A stretch of 39,959 nucleotides of DNA, taken from IMG/VR virus record IMGVR_UViG_3300027974_000025, one strand, 5' to 3'. The notes under the pieces are model-generated. The model did no database searches, was not told where the DNA came from, and saw only the letters and a program-made list of their open reading frames with translations. How positions within the stretch are numbered: the stretch's first letter is position 1; every line of letters begins with the position of its first letter. Source of the stretch: a virus (lineage: Duplodnaviria; Heunggongvirae; Uroviricota; Caudoviricetes). Below, in pieces: positions 29,703 through 38,641 of this stretch. The position numbers were made by a program, and so were the translations under genes.

Positions 29703-30702
29703 AAGTTTCTATGTATAATTGTTTTGTTCTATCTGAATCATATTTCTCATCCACCTTTAGGACATTCTCATAATACTTATGCAATGTCTTAGCTACGTGT
29801 CTCCAGCTAAACTGTTCTCTTGCAGCAAATATCTCTTCTCTACGCTTGTCATAGCTATGTATTACATTCACTATACCATCTGTTACAGCTTCTGTTGTAA
29901 TGTCATCTATGACATGCATCCCTGGAACAGGTGTAGATCCTTTATAAGTTCCTACAATAGGAAGTCCACTAGCTATAGCCTCACACAATGTTAGATTTGG
30001 ATGTCCTCCTTCTAGCATGGATGGATGTAAGAATATAGTGTGGTTTTGGTAGAGCTCTTTAATCTCTTCGTCTGTAGGATTTGTTAACTTTAAAGTTAAC
30101 TTTTTATAGGCGGTTAGTTCTGTATGTATATCAAAGAAGTTTTGATTATCTGTATGACCAGCTATAGTAATAGGTAGGTCCATTCTTTCAGCTGCTTCTA
30201 TACCATATCTAAATCCTTTTCTATCATACCCTGCGTTACCAGCTAAGCCATTGTTTGCTAACATCAATAGGCTATGTGTTTTAGGAGAATAGTCTGGTGT
30301 AAAGAATTCTATATTAGCACCATGTCTTAGATAGAACAACTTATCTGTAGTGTCAAAGTAATCTAGATAATGCTCTGTGTGAGTGATAGATATAACACTT
30401 CCTTTGATAGCTTCTAGGTTTTGTTTGTACACCCAGCTATCTTTACCATACCATTCAACATGATGGTCATGTAGAGAATAGATGTATGGTATGCCTAAGC
30501 TTTTACAATGTAATGCTTGGTTAGCCATGTGAGCATGTGTAATAGTGTTAGGTATTTTCTCTAACTCATTTGTATATTTAATATGTACAGTGTCACCTAA
30601 AGCTTCTAGCTCTTGTTTGTATTCCCATATGATACGTTCTACAGCACCCCAGCCATTTGGTGGGATGGTTATTAATCCTGTAGCCACTTGAATAATATTC
30701 AT
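29695..30702 (-). CDS. GT4-family (GT-B) glycosyltransferase
   Basis: 335 aa. PPNGWGAVERIIW at the N-terminus, RKGFRYGIEA, and FLHPSMLEGGHPNLTLCEAIASGLPIV (C-terminal GT4 glutamate motif). Confidence 0.82.
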   Translation of the reverse strand: MNIIQVATGLITIPPNGWGAVERIIWEYKQELEALGDTVHIKYTNELEKIPNTITHAHMANQALHCKSLGIPYIYSLHDHHVEWYGKDSWVYKQNLEAIKGSVISITHTEHYLDYFDTTDKLFYLRHGANIEFFTPDYSPKTHSLLMLANNGLAGNAGYDRKGFRYGIEAAERMDLPITIAGHTDNQNFFDIHTELTAYKKLTLKLTNPTDEEIKELYQNHTIFLHPSMLEGGHPNLTLCEAIASGLPIVGTYKGSTPVPGMHVIDDITTEAVTDGIVNVIHSYDKRREEIFAAREQFSWRHVAKTLHKYYENVLKVDEKYDSDRTKQLYIETYA

Positions 30703-30706
30703 ATTG

Positions 30707-31702
30707 TTAGTTTATATATTCAAACACACCTCTTTCATGAGCTGTATCTTTTAATTGTTTATTTAAAACATACTTCTTAGATGTTTCTAACATAGTTTTA
30801 TTAGCATCTGTATAAACTTCTACTACTATTTCACTATCATCAATATCAAAATCAGCAAACCAATATCCATGCTTATGAAGAATTATGTTTGTAAAGATAG
30901 TATTATTTTTATAAATAGTTACATATTTAATCTGTTCTTCTCCTATTAAATAGTTCATTATATACAACGCAACCTTCTGTGGATCAGGAGTGTTATGCAC
31001 TATCTCACAGTTAAAGAATCCAAACCTTAATACATTAACCTCACTAGCTTTGAATATGTTAGAGCTGTGGTCATTGATTATTAAAAACTTATCTTCATCG
31101 TGTGAAAGCTTCTCATAGAAAGATAGTTCTAACGTATGACCAAAGTTAAAATTTATCCAGTCTTCTGATGATAGGGGGGGAGTGAAATTGTCTACAAAAT
31201 AGTTTACATTTCCACCAAACATTAGTGACTCATATACATAGGACCCATTGATTCCTCTATACTCTTCAGGTCTGAAGAACAACATCTTCTTATCCTCAAT
31301 GTCAAGAGTTTTTATATAAGACTCTAACAGTTGTAAATCAGCTCCTCCTAATAGTACATCAGCTTCTGTAAATACAAAGTGTGTATAGCCAAGAGCTTTA
31401 GCCATGGTTGTACCAAGCTTTATGTTCCTACATATAGGAAGAACGTGTCCACAGGTGGGAATGGTTATCTTTGTACCAGCACATTCATTCCAGAACACAG
31501 GACAAAGGTCATGTCTTAAGAAGGTATTGTCACTATCATATATAGTGTATGTAGCATTCTTAGTAGTCTGTTCATCTAGTGGTAGATGACTAGTAACTAT
31601 AACATCCCAACCTATTGACTTATAGGTATGTATACATCTGTTAAGGATGTTTATGATTCTATCATTAGAAGGATAGACACTTATTATAGCTACTGGTTCC
31701 AT
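30707..31702 (-). CDS. Putative glycosyltransferase-like protein, paralogous to the middle of the 885-aa protein
   Basis: 331 aa. SHLPLD...YTIYDSDN...AKALGYTHFVFTEADV aligns by eye with SHYPVD...YYIYDAHN...AKELGFNRFFYTTYDV. Confidence 0.55.
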   Translation of the reverse strand: MEPVAIISVYPSNDRIINILNRCIHTYKSIGWDVIVTSHLPLDEQTTKNATYTIYDSDNTFLRHDLCPVFWNECAGTKITIPTCGHVLPICRNIKLGTTMAKALGYTHFVFTEADVLLGGADLQLLESYIKTLDIEDKKMLFFRPEEYRGINGSYVYESLMFGGNVNYFVDNFTPPLSSEDWINFNFGHTLELSFYEKLSHDEDKFLIINDHSSNIFKASEVNVLRFGFFNCEIVHNTPDPQKVALYIMNYLIGEEQIKYVTIYKNNTIFTNIILHKHGYWFADFDIDDSEIVVEVYTDANKTMLETSKKYVLNKQLKDTAHERGVFEYIN

Positions 31703-32364
31703 TTGGTTCTGAATTTAATTTCATCAATCTTAAGCTTCTTAGCTTTAGCTTCTCCTATCTGTTGTACATTTAATGTTTCCATATGGCAAACAATAGCATC
31801 TCTAACAAGAGCATGTTTAATCCCTGCTTCTTTAAGTCTCTCAGCATAGTCATTATCCTGGTAGTACATGTCAAACAGTTCATCAAATGGTAGGATTTTA
31901 TCTAGAGCAGTTTTCTTAATCACAGTGCACCAGCCTTGTAATGCTTCTGTAACAGCGTAAGATTCAAAATAGCTATCATCACTTCCTATAAAATGATTAG
32001 GGAAGTAACGCATGTATAGTAATGGATCTCTAGGAGAGAATGCTTCTATGTCTGGTCTTTGTTGGTGCACATTTATCATCTCAGTGAACCAACCCTTTTC
32101 ATAACTTACATCATCATTAGATATAACTACCCAATCACTAGTACAATAACCAATGGCTATATTCAAGAACTTGTTATAATTGAATGAACTCTCAGGACGT
32201 ATATAATTATGATAGTCTCTATATCTAATTGGATTATTACTTCCTGAATCTACAAGTTGTACACGAAACCTATACGTTGACTCACTATTATGTAATGTGT
32301 CTATAGTACGCTGTGTCATAGTTACATCTGTACTATCTGTAAGTATTATTACATCTACTATCAT
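31690..32364 (-). CDS. GT2-family (GT-A) glycosyltransferase
   Basis: 224 aa. VQLVDSGS, FNYNKFLNIA, WVVISNDDV (DxD-like), FDMYYQDNDYAERLKEAG. Confidence 0.82.
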   Translation of the reverse strand: MIVDVIILTDSTDVTMTQRTIDTLHNSESTYRFRVQLVDSGSNNPIRYRDYHNYIRPESSFNYNKFLNIAIGYCTSDWVVISNDDVSYEKGWFTEMINVHQQRPDIEAFSPRDPLLYMRYFPNHFIGSDDSYFESYAVTEALQGWCTVIKKTALDKILPFDELFDMYYQDNDYAERLKEAGIKHALVRDAIVCHMETLNVQQIGEAKAKKLKIDEIKFRTKWNQ

Positions 32365-32367
32365 ATA

Positions 32368-32919
32368 TTATTTTTTAATTCCCCAAAAATATAAATCATG
32401 TGTTTCTTCATTAGTATAAAACTTATAAATTTTATACCATTTAGTTAGATCTAATTCATTGCATATAATCTCTTCTGTTAGATTCATATAATAGTCAGCC
32501 CACTCATCAGTAACTACAGCTGTGAAAGGAGAGTTATCTGGTGTAGTTCTTCTGGTACCATGTTCATGTCTTCCTGTTGTAGCACAACTAAATAAGAATA
32601 ATCCCTCTGATCTTAACAGATTCTCAGAAACATTAGTAATAGTATCTTTCCAGTACATATCGTGCTCAAAGCATTCTGTAGATATTACAATATCATAATT
32701 AGAATTATCAATAGGCTTGTATAAATGTCCCTTGCTAACTACATTTACATTTTTACCTTTACCAATATCTATTCCTATGTATGAATAGTCTTCAAATAGG
32801 AAGTGATTACTTCCATTGATATCTAAAGATCCTATATCACATACATTCACTCCCTTGAAATACTCAGGGAATAGTTCTTTCACTTTAAGACAGAACTTCT
32901 GTTGATTTTCGTGTGCCAT
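32368..32919 (-). CDS. Class I SAM-dependent methyltransferase
   Basis: 183 aa. VCDIGSLDING (motif I), YIGIDIGKGKNV, YDIVISTECFEHD, GLFLFSCA. Confidence 0.8.
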   Translation of the reverse strand: MAHENQQKFCLKVKELFPEYFKGVNVCDIGSLDINGSNHFLFEDYSYIGIDIGKGKNVNVVSKGHLYKPIDNSNYDIVISTECFEHDMYWKDTITNVSENLLRSEGLFLFSCATTGRHEHGTRRTTPDNSPFTAVVTDEWADYYMNLTEEIICNELDLTKWYKIYKFYTNEETHDLYFWGIKK

Positions 32920-35576
32920 TATTTTCTAAATGTTTTATGTGAGTTATCAATTAATGAGAATCCATCTGCTTGGGTGGTAATTCTGTTATGTAGAATGCCC
33001 ATCTTGTGTCCTGCAAAGATGAGATTAAAATACATATCTGCAGCATCCCAATGATGCATTCTTACAGTGTCTTTTAATTCCTTTGCAATCTTAGCTGGGA
33101 ACATAATACATTGTAAACCAATAATGTGATTGGTAATATACATTACATCATTGACCTCTTCTATTATAGGAGATTGAGGCCAGCCATGTTCTAATGTATC
33201 TTTATCTCCAAAGGACATAATGTGTATGTTGTTTGGTCCCAATAAGTGTGCACATTCCTCAACTTTTCGTATGAAATTGTGTATATCTGTCTCAATAATA
33301 CAATCTCCTTCACATACCATTAAGAAGTCACAATCATGGAATTCTGTTAGGATGGCATTCTTGAATGCTTCATAGCATCCATAATGTGCTGGGGTAAGTG
33401 CAGTGCCCAACCTTTGCACTGTGGGTTCATCGAAGAGTTCCATTGAAACACAATCTGGTCTGATGCAGTTATATGATGGTGGTAATGATTTATAGGGCTC
33501 ATTAAGTTGTAAGATATATTCCCATCCATGGTCTTTGACTTGCTCAAGGGATGCTCTACTTGCTTGTTCTCTTTCATCGTTTAATGTTGTTTGTATGTGA
33601 ACTAATTTAATTTTAGGTTTGATATTCTTCCATTGAAACTTACCTGTATTTTCATACAAGTGTAAGTTGTCCTTAGTTAGTTTAAACTCTTCCACCTTAT
33701 AGTTAGTATCTCCATCATAGAAATCCATTCTTATATCTATAGGTTCTCCCTTGAATTCAAACTGATAAGCAAGTTCATGCTTCTGGGCTGGTATGATTCT
33801 TTTCCACATGTAGTCTGCAATAGATACATAGATGTTTCTATAGTCTCTGTTGTATGTAAAGAAATAGAACATGTAATTGTTTGGTTTTCCAACAACAGGA
33901 AGGATGGAATAATACTCACTATTAGAGGCAACACCTAATCCACTGTTAATCAATAGAGTAGACTTGTCATTAGTAACTAGTTGTACGTCATTAGGATTGA
34001 AACTAAATATCACTTTAGATAGATATTCTTCTAGATAGTTCTCACATCTTCTGCGTGTGCATACAGCATTCCATTCTTCTGGTGTACGTACATCATCAAA
34101 CTCTTTTAAGAAGAAGTCTGTATTAAACAAGATACCATTAGTCTGAATTCCTAATCCCTGTGGTGTAGGAAGTGTAGCTGCACAAAGTTTTTTATCTGTC
34201 TTAAATGCAGCATTCACTGCATGTACATCATCTTTGTCTAACACAACATCATATGTAGTGTAGAAGAATCTATTGAATCCTAGTTCTTTGGCAGCTTTGG
34301 CACCATTGAACATGTTAGTCAAGACAGTGAGAGACTGGTTACTATTCTTCAATCCATTGATATTTATCTCAGCAAAGTAGTCTGGTTGATCATTATAGAA
34401 CCTGGTGTAGTAGCTGTGATGTGTAAGAGGGTTGTGTGCATCATAGATATAATAATCCACCATTCTTTGTATATCAGCATCTACAGGATAGTGACTCACT
34501 AGTATAATCTTTCTACCTAATGGTTTAAGACTATTGATAGTATCCTTTGTCCACTGCACTCTGTCCTTAATATTAGGATAGGTGCCCAAGATGATACACT
34601 CTTCTTCTATCTTATCAAGGTTTAATTTTTCTACTAGATTGGTAGCATCACTACTAAGATCTCCAGTTAAATAAACCATGTTAGGTTCATCATCATACTT
34701 ATTACAATACACATCTAGGTTGTACATTAGTTTGATTAGGTCATCGTATTGTAATGCTTCCTTAATAGCAATGGGATTTAACTCCTTGTTACCACGATCA
34801 CCCTTGGAAGGGAAGAAGAACACATCAGATGCTTCTAAGAAATTAGTTACATCATCACGCTCTCCCCAGACAACACAGTTCTCTGGTTTGTTCTGCATCA
34901 ATGGCTGCCAATAGAATTCAAAGTTACCTGCTTGGTTACCTAAGAAATGGAACTTAATCTTATAGTTCTTCAAACGCTCAGCTAATTCAAATGCATAAGC
35001 TTGGTTCTTTCTAGGTGTAAATAGTCCTACAGTGATGAGATGCTTGTAACTAGGATCTAGTCCTAACTTCTTCTGCATATCTATTTTGCTACGTTGCTTT
35101 TTGTCTACAGGATATTCAATAATCCTCATAGGAACATCTAAGTGTATGTATTTGAATGCATTATATGCACTAACAAACACAAACATATCAGGAAACATTG
35201 TCTTACTTCTAGGGTTAAATGAGCTATCATGTGTAGTTTCTACAATTCTCCAGCTTCTATCTGAGCTATATAGATAGTCAGCACATTCAGTGTTCATAAA
35301 CATCTCAGGAAATTCCTCCATGGATATTGTATCTGGTTGGAACTCATCAACAATCCTTGATAGTTGCTCAAGCTTGTTATCTCCTAGAGAATAGAAGTTT
35401 TGTTCTCCTACAAGTCTTATGATTCTGTTTCTTTGTACAACAAAAGCCCAGGCAATCAAGTCCCACTCAACCACCTTGATATCAAAATCATTCTGTAAAA
35501 GCTCTATCTTATTTACTGTTACCTGTGGTGCCCCTCCTGTTGATAGATGAGGAGTGATGATTAATAGTTTTTTCAT
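32919..35576 (-). CDS. Multi-domain glycosyltransferase: GT4-like + putative GT-like domain + GT25-like
   Basis: 885 aa. aa 1-~320: HLSTGGAPQV, VGLFTPRKNQ, DVFFFPS...ELNPIAIKEAL. aa ~327-650: paralogue of the 331-aa gene. aa ~655-885: HYGCYEAFKNAI...LMVCEGDCII...DAADMY. Confidence 0.72.
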   Translation of the reverse strand: MKKLLIITPHLSTGGAPQVTVNKIELLQNDFDIKVVEWDLIAWAFVVQRNRIIRLVGEQNFYSLGDNKLEQLSRIVDEFQPDTISMEEFPEMFMNTECADYLYSSDRSWRIVETTHDSSFNPRSKTMFPDMFVFVSAYNAFKYIHLDVPMRIIEYPVDKKQRSKIDMQKKLGLDPSYKHLITVGLFTPRKNQAYAFELAERLKNYKIKFHFLGNQAGNFEFYWQPLMQNKPENCVVWGERDDVTNFLEASDVFFFPSKGDRGNKELNPIAIKEALQYDDLIKLMYNLDVYCNKYDDEPNMVYLTGDLSSDATNLVEKLNLDKIEEECIILGTYPNIKDRVQWTKDTINSLKPLGRKIILVSHYPVDADIQRMVDYYIYDAHNPLTHHSYYTRFYNDQPDYFAEININGLKNSNQSLTVLTNMFNGAKAAKELGFNRFFYTTYDVVLDKDDVHAVNAAFKTDKKLCAATLPTPQGLGIQTNGILFNTDFFLKEFDDVRTPEEWNAVCTRRRCENYLEEYLSKVIFSFNPNDVQLVTNDKSTLLINSGLGVASNSEYYSILPVVGKPNNYMFYFFTYNRDYRNIYVSIADYMWKRIIPAQKHELAYQFEFKGEPIDIRMDFYDGDTNYKVEEFKLTKDNLHLYENTGKFQWKNIKPKIKLVHIQTTLNDEREQASRASLEQVKDHGWEYILQLNEPYKSLPPSYNCIRPDCVSMELFDEPTVQRLGTALTPAHYGCYEAFKNAILTEFHDCDFLMVCEGDCIIETDIHNFIRKVEECAHLLGPNNIHIMSFGDKDTLEHGWPQSPIIEEVNDVMYITNHIIGLQCIMFPAKIAKELKDTVRMHHWDAADMYFNLIFAGHKMGILHNRITTQADGFSLIDNSHKTFRK

Positions 35577-36499
35577 ATGTTATTGTTAATTGCATGTATC
35601 ACTTGTGCTACAGATGGATGGCATTCAAAAGTTTCTTTCTTTTCTAAGCATCCAATTAGTGGCTGTACATAATCTATTGTAGGCCAATACTCAAGAGCAT
35701 ATTTCATATTAGAGCTGCAGTGTAATCCACATCCTCCTCTTACGTATATATGTTTTCCTTCTTGTCTATGTGGTGTGCGAAACTCTGGATTGATAGGAGA
35801 TCCTAATTCAATAATATCAGTGCTAGTTGTACCTGCTAGATGTAGAATACCTGAGTCCATAGTGATGACCAAGTTAGCATTGTTAATCAAATGCCAAGTT
35901 TGAGAGATGGATGTCTTATTCATTAGGTTGATAACGTTATCATTCATCTCATGTACAGGTTTATCTACATTAAAGAACCCTGTCTCAGAAGAGTCCTTAC
36001 CAACTGCTACAACTTTATATCCCAATTTATTTAATTCATCAACTAGTTTTAACCAATTATCCTGTGACCACGTTCTATTAGGCCAGCTGTTAACAGGATG
36101 TATCACAGCATATTTACCCTCTACAAGAACATTAGGTTCTTCTATAGGTTGATAGAAACATTCCATTTCATCTTGCCTAAGCATAAAGCCTAGGTGTATA
36201 GCATGGAACTGCCTGATATCCATCATGTTATGCTTCATCTCTACACCACGCTCGTCTTTCTTACCCACTAGATAGAATGAATTATGTACAATGTAATTAC
36301 TTTGTATGTACGTCATGTCTACAGAAGCAGCTTTATAGCTAGCTTCTACATAAGGATTCATCTTGAAGAGCTCAGGCATTTTAGAGAGAACAACAATCTT
36401 TCTTTGGTAGGAGTCATGAAGTTTTTTGATAGTGGGGGTGGCACAGATTAGGTCACCCAATCCATTACATTCTTCCAGATTTAAACAAACTGGTTTCAT
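35573..36499 (-). CDS. GT9-like (heptosyltransferase-fold) glycosyltransferase with a C-terminal Cys cluster
   Basis: 308 aa. GLGDLICATPTIKKL, WPNRTW, VITMDSGILHLAGT; C-x3-C-x22-C-x8-C ending in FEC. Confidence 0.8.
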   Translation of the reverse strand: MKPVCLNLEECNGLGDLICATPTIKKLHDSYQRKIVVLSKMPELFKMNPYVEASYKAASVDMTYIQSNYIVHNSFYLVGKKDERGVEMKHNMMDIRQFHAIHLGFMLRQDEMECFYQPIEEPNVLVEGKYAVIHPVNSWPNRTWSQDNWLKLVDELNKLGYKVVAVGKDSSETGFFNVDKPVHEMNDNVINLMNKTSISQTWHLINNANLVITMDSGILHLAGTTSTDIIELGSPINPEFRTPHRQEGKHIYVRGGCGLHCSSNMKYALEYWPTIDYVQPLIGCLEKKETFECHPSVAQVIHAINNNI

Positions 36500-36501
36500 T
36501 T

Positions 36502-36547
36502 GTTGGTTATTTCAAACAAAGTTAGTATTTTTGTTGAAAATAACAAA
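36502..36547. promoter_or_regulatory. Back-to-back divergent Bacteroidota-type promoters
   Basis: Minus strand: TTTG (36547-36544)-N19-TAACTTTG (36524-36517), facing the GT operon. Plus strand: GTTG (36502-36505)-N20-TATTTTTG (36526-36533), facing the 36558 gene. Confidence 0.7.
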
Positions 36548-36557
36548 ACATTTTACC

Positions 36558-36926
36558 ATGAAAATTGAAGTTTCTGTGGGGGAAGTTGTAGACAAATGGA
36601 CTATACTTTCCATTAAAGGTCTGAACATTACAGACAAAGACAAACTAGTTAATGTTTTCAAAGAAAGAAATTATCTAAACACTGTTATAGATTTTGAAAT
36701 CTTACATGATGTTTTAACAGATCAACTAATTGAGGTGAATCAAGCTCTTTGGAAGGTGGAAGATCTTCTAAGAGACTTTGAAAGAGCTGGTAGCTTTGGT
36801 GAAGAGTTTGTTGACTTGGCTAGATCTGTCTACAAATTAAATGATAAAAGAGCACATATTAAAAAAGAAATTAATATTAAGTATGGCTCTGACTTTGTAG
36901 AGGAAAAGTCCTACCAGCCCTACTAA
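36558..36926 (+). CDS. DUF6165-like protein (122 aa)
   Basis: MKIEVSVGEVVDKWTILSIK...VNQALWKVEDLLRDFE...FVDLARSVYKLNDKRAHIKKEIN...EEKSY. Start re-called at ATG 36558 because 36426-36557 overlaps the opposite-strand gene and the promoters. Confidence 0.75.
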   Translation: MKIEVSVGEVVDKWTILSIKGLNITDKDKLVNVFKERNYLNTVIDFEILHDVLTDQLIEVNQALWKVEDLLRDFERAGSFGEEFVDLARSVYKLNDKRAHIKKEINIKYGSDFVEEKSYQPY

Positions 36927-36933
36927 AAAAAGA

Positions 36934-36965
36934 TTTGGTAGTTTCAACTTTTTCACTTAGTTTTG
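36934..36965 (+). promoter_or_regulatory. Bacteroidota-type promoter for the lysis cassette
   Basis: TTTG (36934-36937)-N20-TAGTTTTG (36958-36965), matching the consensus. Confidence 0.72.
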
Positions 36966-37046
36966 CAATGAACTAGAATTTAACCTAAATAGGTCTTTCT
37001 GACCATATTATGCACTCATGTCCTGGGTGTATTTTTATTTATACCA

Positions 37047-37352
37047 ATGAGAGAAAATACTAACATTCAAACAATCAAAGCTTGGGTATTCCCAACTTTA
37101 GTTTCTATCTTAGCCATGATGATATGGAATGATGTCAACGAAATCAAAGCTGATGTCAAAGCCCTAATGGCTCAGTCAGCCATAGACAAAACTCGTATAG
37201 ACAACTTAGAAAGAGCTGTGTTTGGTAATAAGAGTGGGAATACAAACTTTCCTACTGATAGAAGATTACCAGAACCTCCTTATAATCTAATAGCTGTTAT
37301 CCCTACTCGTGAAGAATTAATTGCTATAAAAACTAAAAAGAAAACTATATGA
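37047..37352 (+). CDS. Membrane protein, single TM plus coiled coil (holin/antiholin-like)
   Basis: 101 aa. AWVFPTLVSILAMMIW followed by heptad-like NEIKADVKALMAQ...IDNLE. First gene of an overlapping four-gene cassette ending in the endolysin. Confidence 0.55.
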   Translation: MRENTNIQTIKAWVFPTLVSILAMMIWNDVNEIKADVKALMAQSAIDKTRIDNLERAVFGNKSGNTNFPTDRRLPEPPYNLIAVIPTREELIAIKTKKKTI

Positions 37353-37570
37353 AATTTAAATGGACAGGCTATTGGAAACCTACCCCTAAGAAGATTAGGA
37401 AAATTGCTGATGCTATTGTAGCAGCAACTACATTTAGTGGTAGTGTAGTTGTACTTAATGGTCACCCTCTAGTAGGAACCATTATTTTTGTTTTAGGCTT
37501 TGTAGCTAAGGTGGTATCTAACTTCTTTGAAGAAGATAAACCAGTAAAAAAGACTAAGAATGCAAAGTAA
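37349..37570 (+). CDS. Putative holin
   Basis: 73 aa. Basic N-terminus, two hydrophobic segments (IADAIVAATTFSGSVVVL; LVGTIIFVLGFVAKVV), charged tail. Confidence 0.6.
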   Translation: MKFKWTGYWKPTPKKIRKIADAIVAATTFSGSVVVLNGHPLVGTIIFVLGFVAKVVSNFFEEDKPVKKTKNAK

Positions 37571-38165
37571 ACATTTATATATAGTGATTATTGCTTTGAT
37601 AGCTGTTGTATTCTTACAAAGAACTGGCTGTACTTACATTCCTAAAGAAGCTCCAAAGGTAACAATTGACACCCTTATAAGTGTTATAGAGATACATGAC
37701 ACAATCAAAGGAAAACCTGTCTTTATCAAAGCTAAAAGAGATACCATCTGGAAAGATAGTTTAATATTTAAGCCTGACACCAACTATGAAGGTCTTCTTA
37801 AGCAATACATTGCCTTGGGAGACTCTCATTTTACTAAGAATATATACAAAACAAACTATGAATTAGATAGCTTTGGAACTGCCACTATTGCAGATACAGT
37901 GGTTGCTAACAAGTTATCAGGACGTTTAATAAGTTACAATCTAAATATACCTACTAAGACAATCACTATAACTAAAACTCCTCCTGCTGTTAGACAGTTC
38001 TACATAGGAGGTGGACTTTATGGAAATCCTCTTACAATTATAAAGTCTGCAAACTTAGGGGTGTTGTATAAGGATAGGCAAGACAGAATCTTTGTTGCTT
38101 CTGTTGGTTTTGATGGTCAACCAATCTATGGATTTTATTCATATTGGAAAATTAGACTTAAATGA
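37560..38165 (+). CDS. Putative spanin-like envelope protein
   Basis: 201 aa. N-terminal hydrophobic segment ending RTGC, Thr/Asp-rich linker, C-terminal amphipathic beta-strands (QFYIGGG...NLGVLY...YGFYSYWKIRL). Directly upstream of the endolysin. Confidence 0.45.
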   Translation: MQSKHLYIVIIALIAVVFLQRTGCTYIPKEAPKVTIDTLISVIEIHDTIKGKPVFIKAKRDTIWKDSLIFKPDTNYEGLLKQYIALGDSHFTKNIYKTNYELDSFGTATIADTVVANKLSGRLISYNLNIPTKTITITKTPPAVRQFYIGGGLYGNPLTIIKSANLGVLYKDRQDRIFVASVGFDGQPIYGFYSYWKIRLK

Positions 38166-38635
38166 TAAAGATTAATGATGATTGTATCAACTTAATTAAA
38201 AGCTTTGAGGGATTCTCTTCAAATGCTTATCATGGTGAACTAGATCCTGCACACGTAGATACTATTGGTTATGGAACTATTAAATATCCTCCCAATTATA
38301 TGGGGGGTAAAGCTGTTAAGGTGGGTGATCCAATGATTACTACAATACAAGGATTTGAATTTCTGAAACATGAAGTGAATCTAAAAACTGATGGTGTAGA
38401 TATGCTTATTAGAGATGACCTAACTGTTAATCAGTTTGGGGCATTAGTAAGCTTTGCTTATAACTTAGGACTTGGAGCTTTAAAAGGTTCTACATTACGT
38501 AAGAAGGTGAATATCAATCCTTTAGATCCTACAATTAGAGATGAGTTTATGAAATGGGACATGGCTAATGGAGCTCATATTAAAGGACTTGCTAGAAGAA
38601 GAAAAGCAGAAGCAGATTTATATTTTAAAAAATAA
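38162..38635 (+). CDS. GH24 phage lysozyme (endolysin)
   Basis: 157 aa. LIKSFEG...D-x5-T (DPAHVDTIGYG), NQFGALVSFAYNLG, STLRKKVN, GLARRRKAEADLY. Confidence 0.92.
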   Translation: MIKINDDCINLIKSFEGFSSNAYHGELDPAHVDTIGYGTIKYPPNYMGGKAVKVGDPMITTIQGFEFLKHEVNLKTDGVDMLIRDDLTVNQFGALVSFAYNLGLGALKGSTLRKKVNINPLDPTIRDEFMKWDMANGAHIKGLARRRKAEADLYFKK

Positions 38636-38641
38636 ACTAAC

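Noticed and set aside
36426-36557. ORF-track N-terminal extension of the DUF6165-like gene
   Set aside because: It overlaps the opposite-strand GT start and both promoters; the recognisable domain starts at ATG 36558.
36925-37040. Intrinsic terminators or structured RNA between the DUF6165-like gene and the lysis cassette
   Set aside because: Only 3-7-bp weak stems were found, without a convincing stem plus U-tract, and the region is better explained as a promoter.
38162-38635. Endolysin as inactive or SAR type because of E-x11-D spacing
   Set aside because: A 3-residue loop insertion explains the spacing, D-x5-T is intact, and there is no N-terminal hydrophobic SAR segment. It is an ordinary GH24 enzyme.
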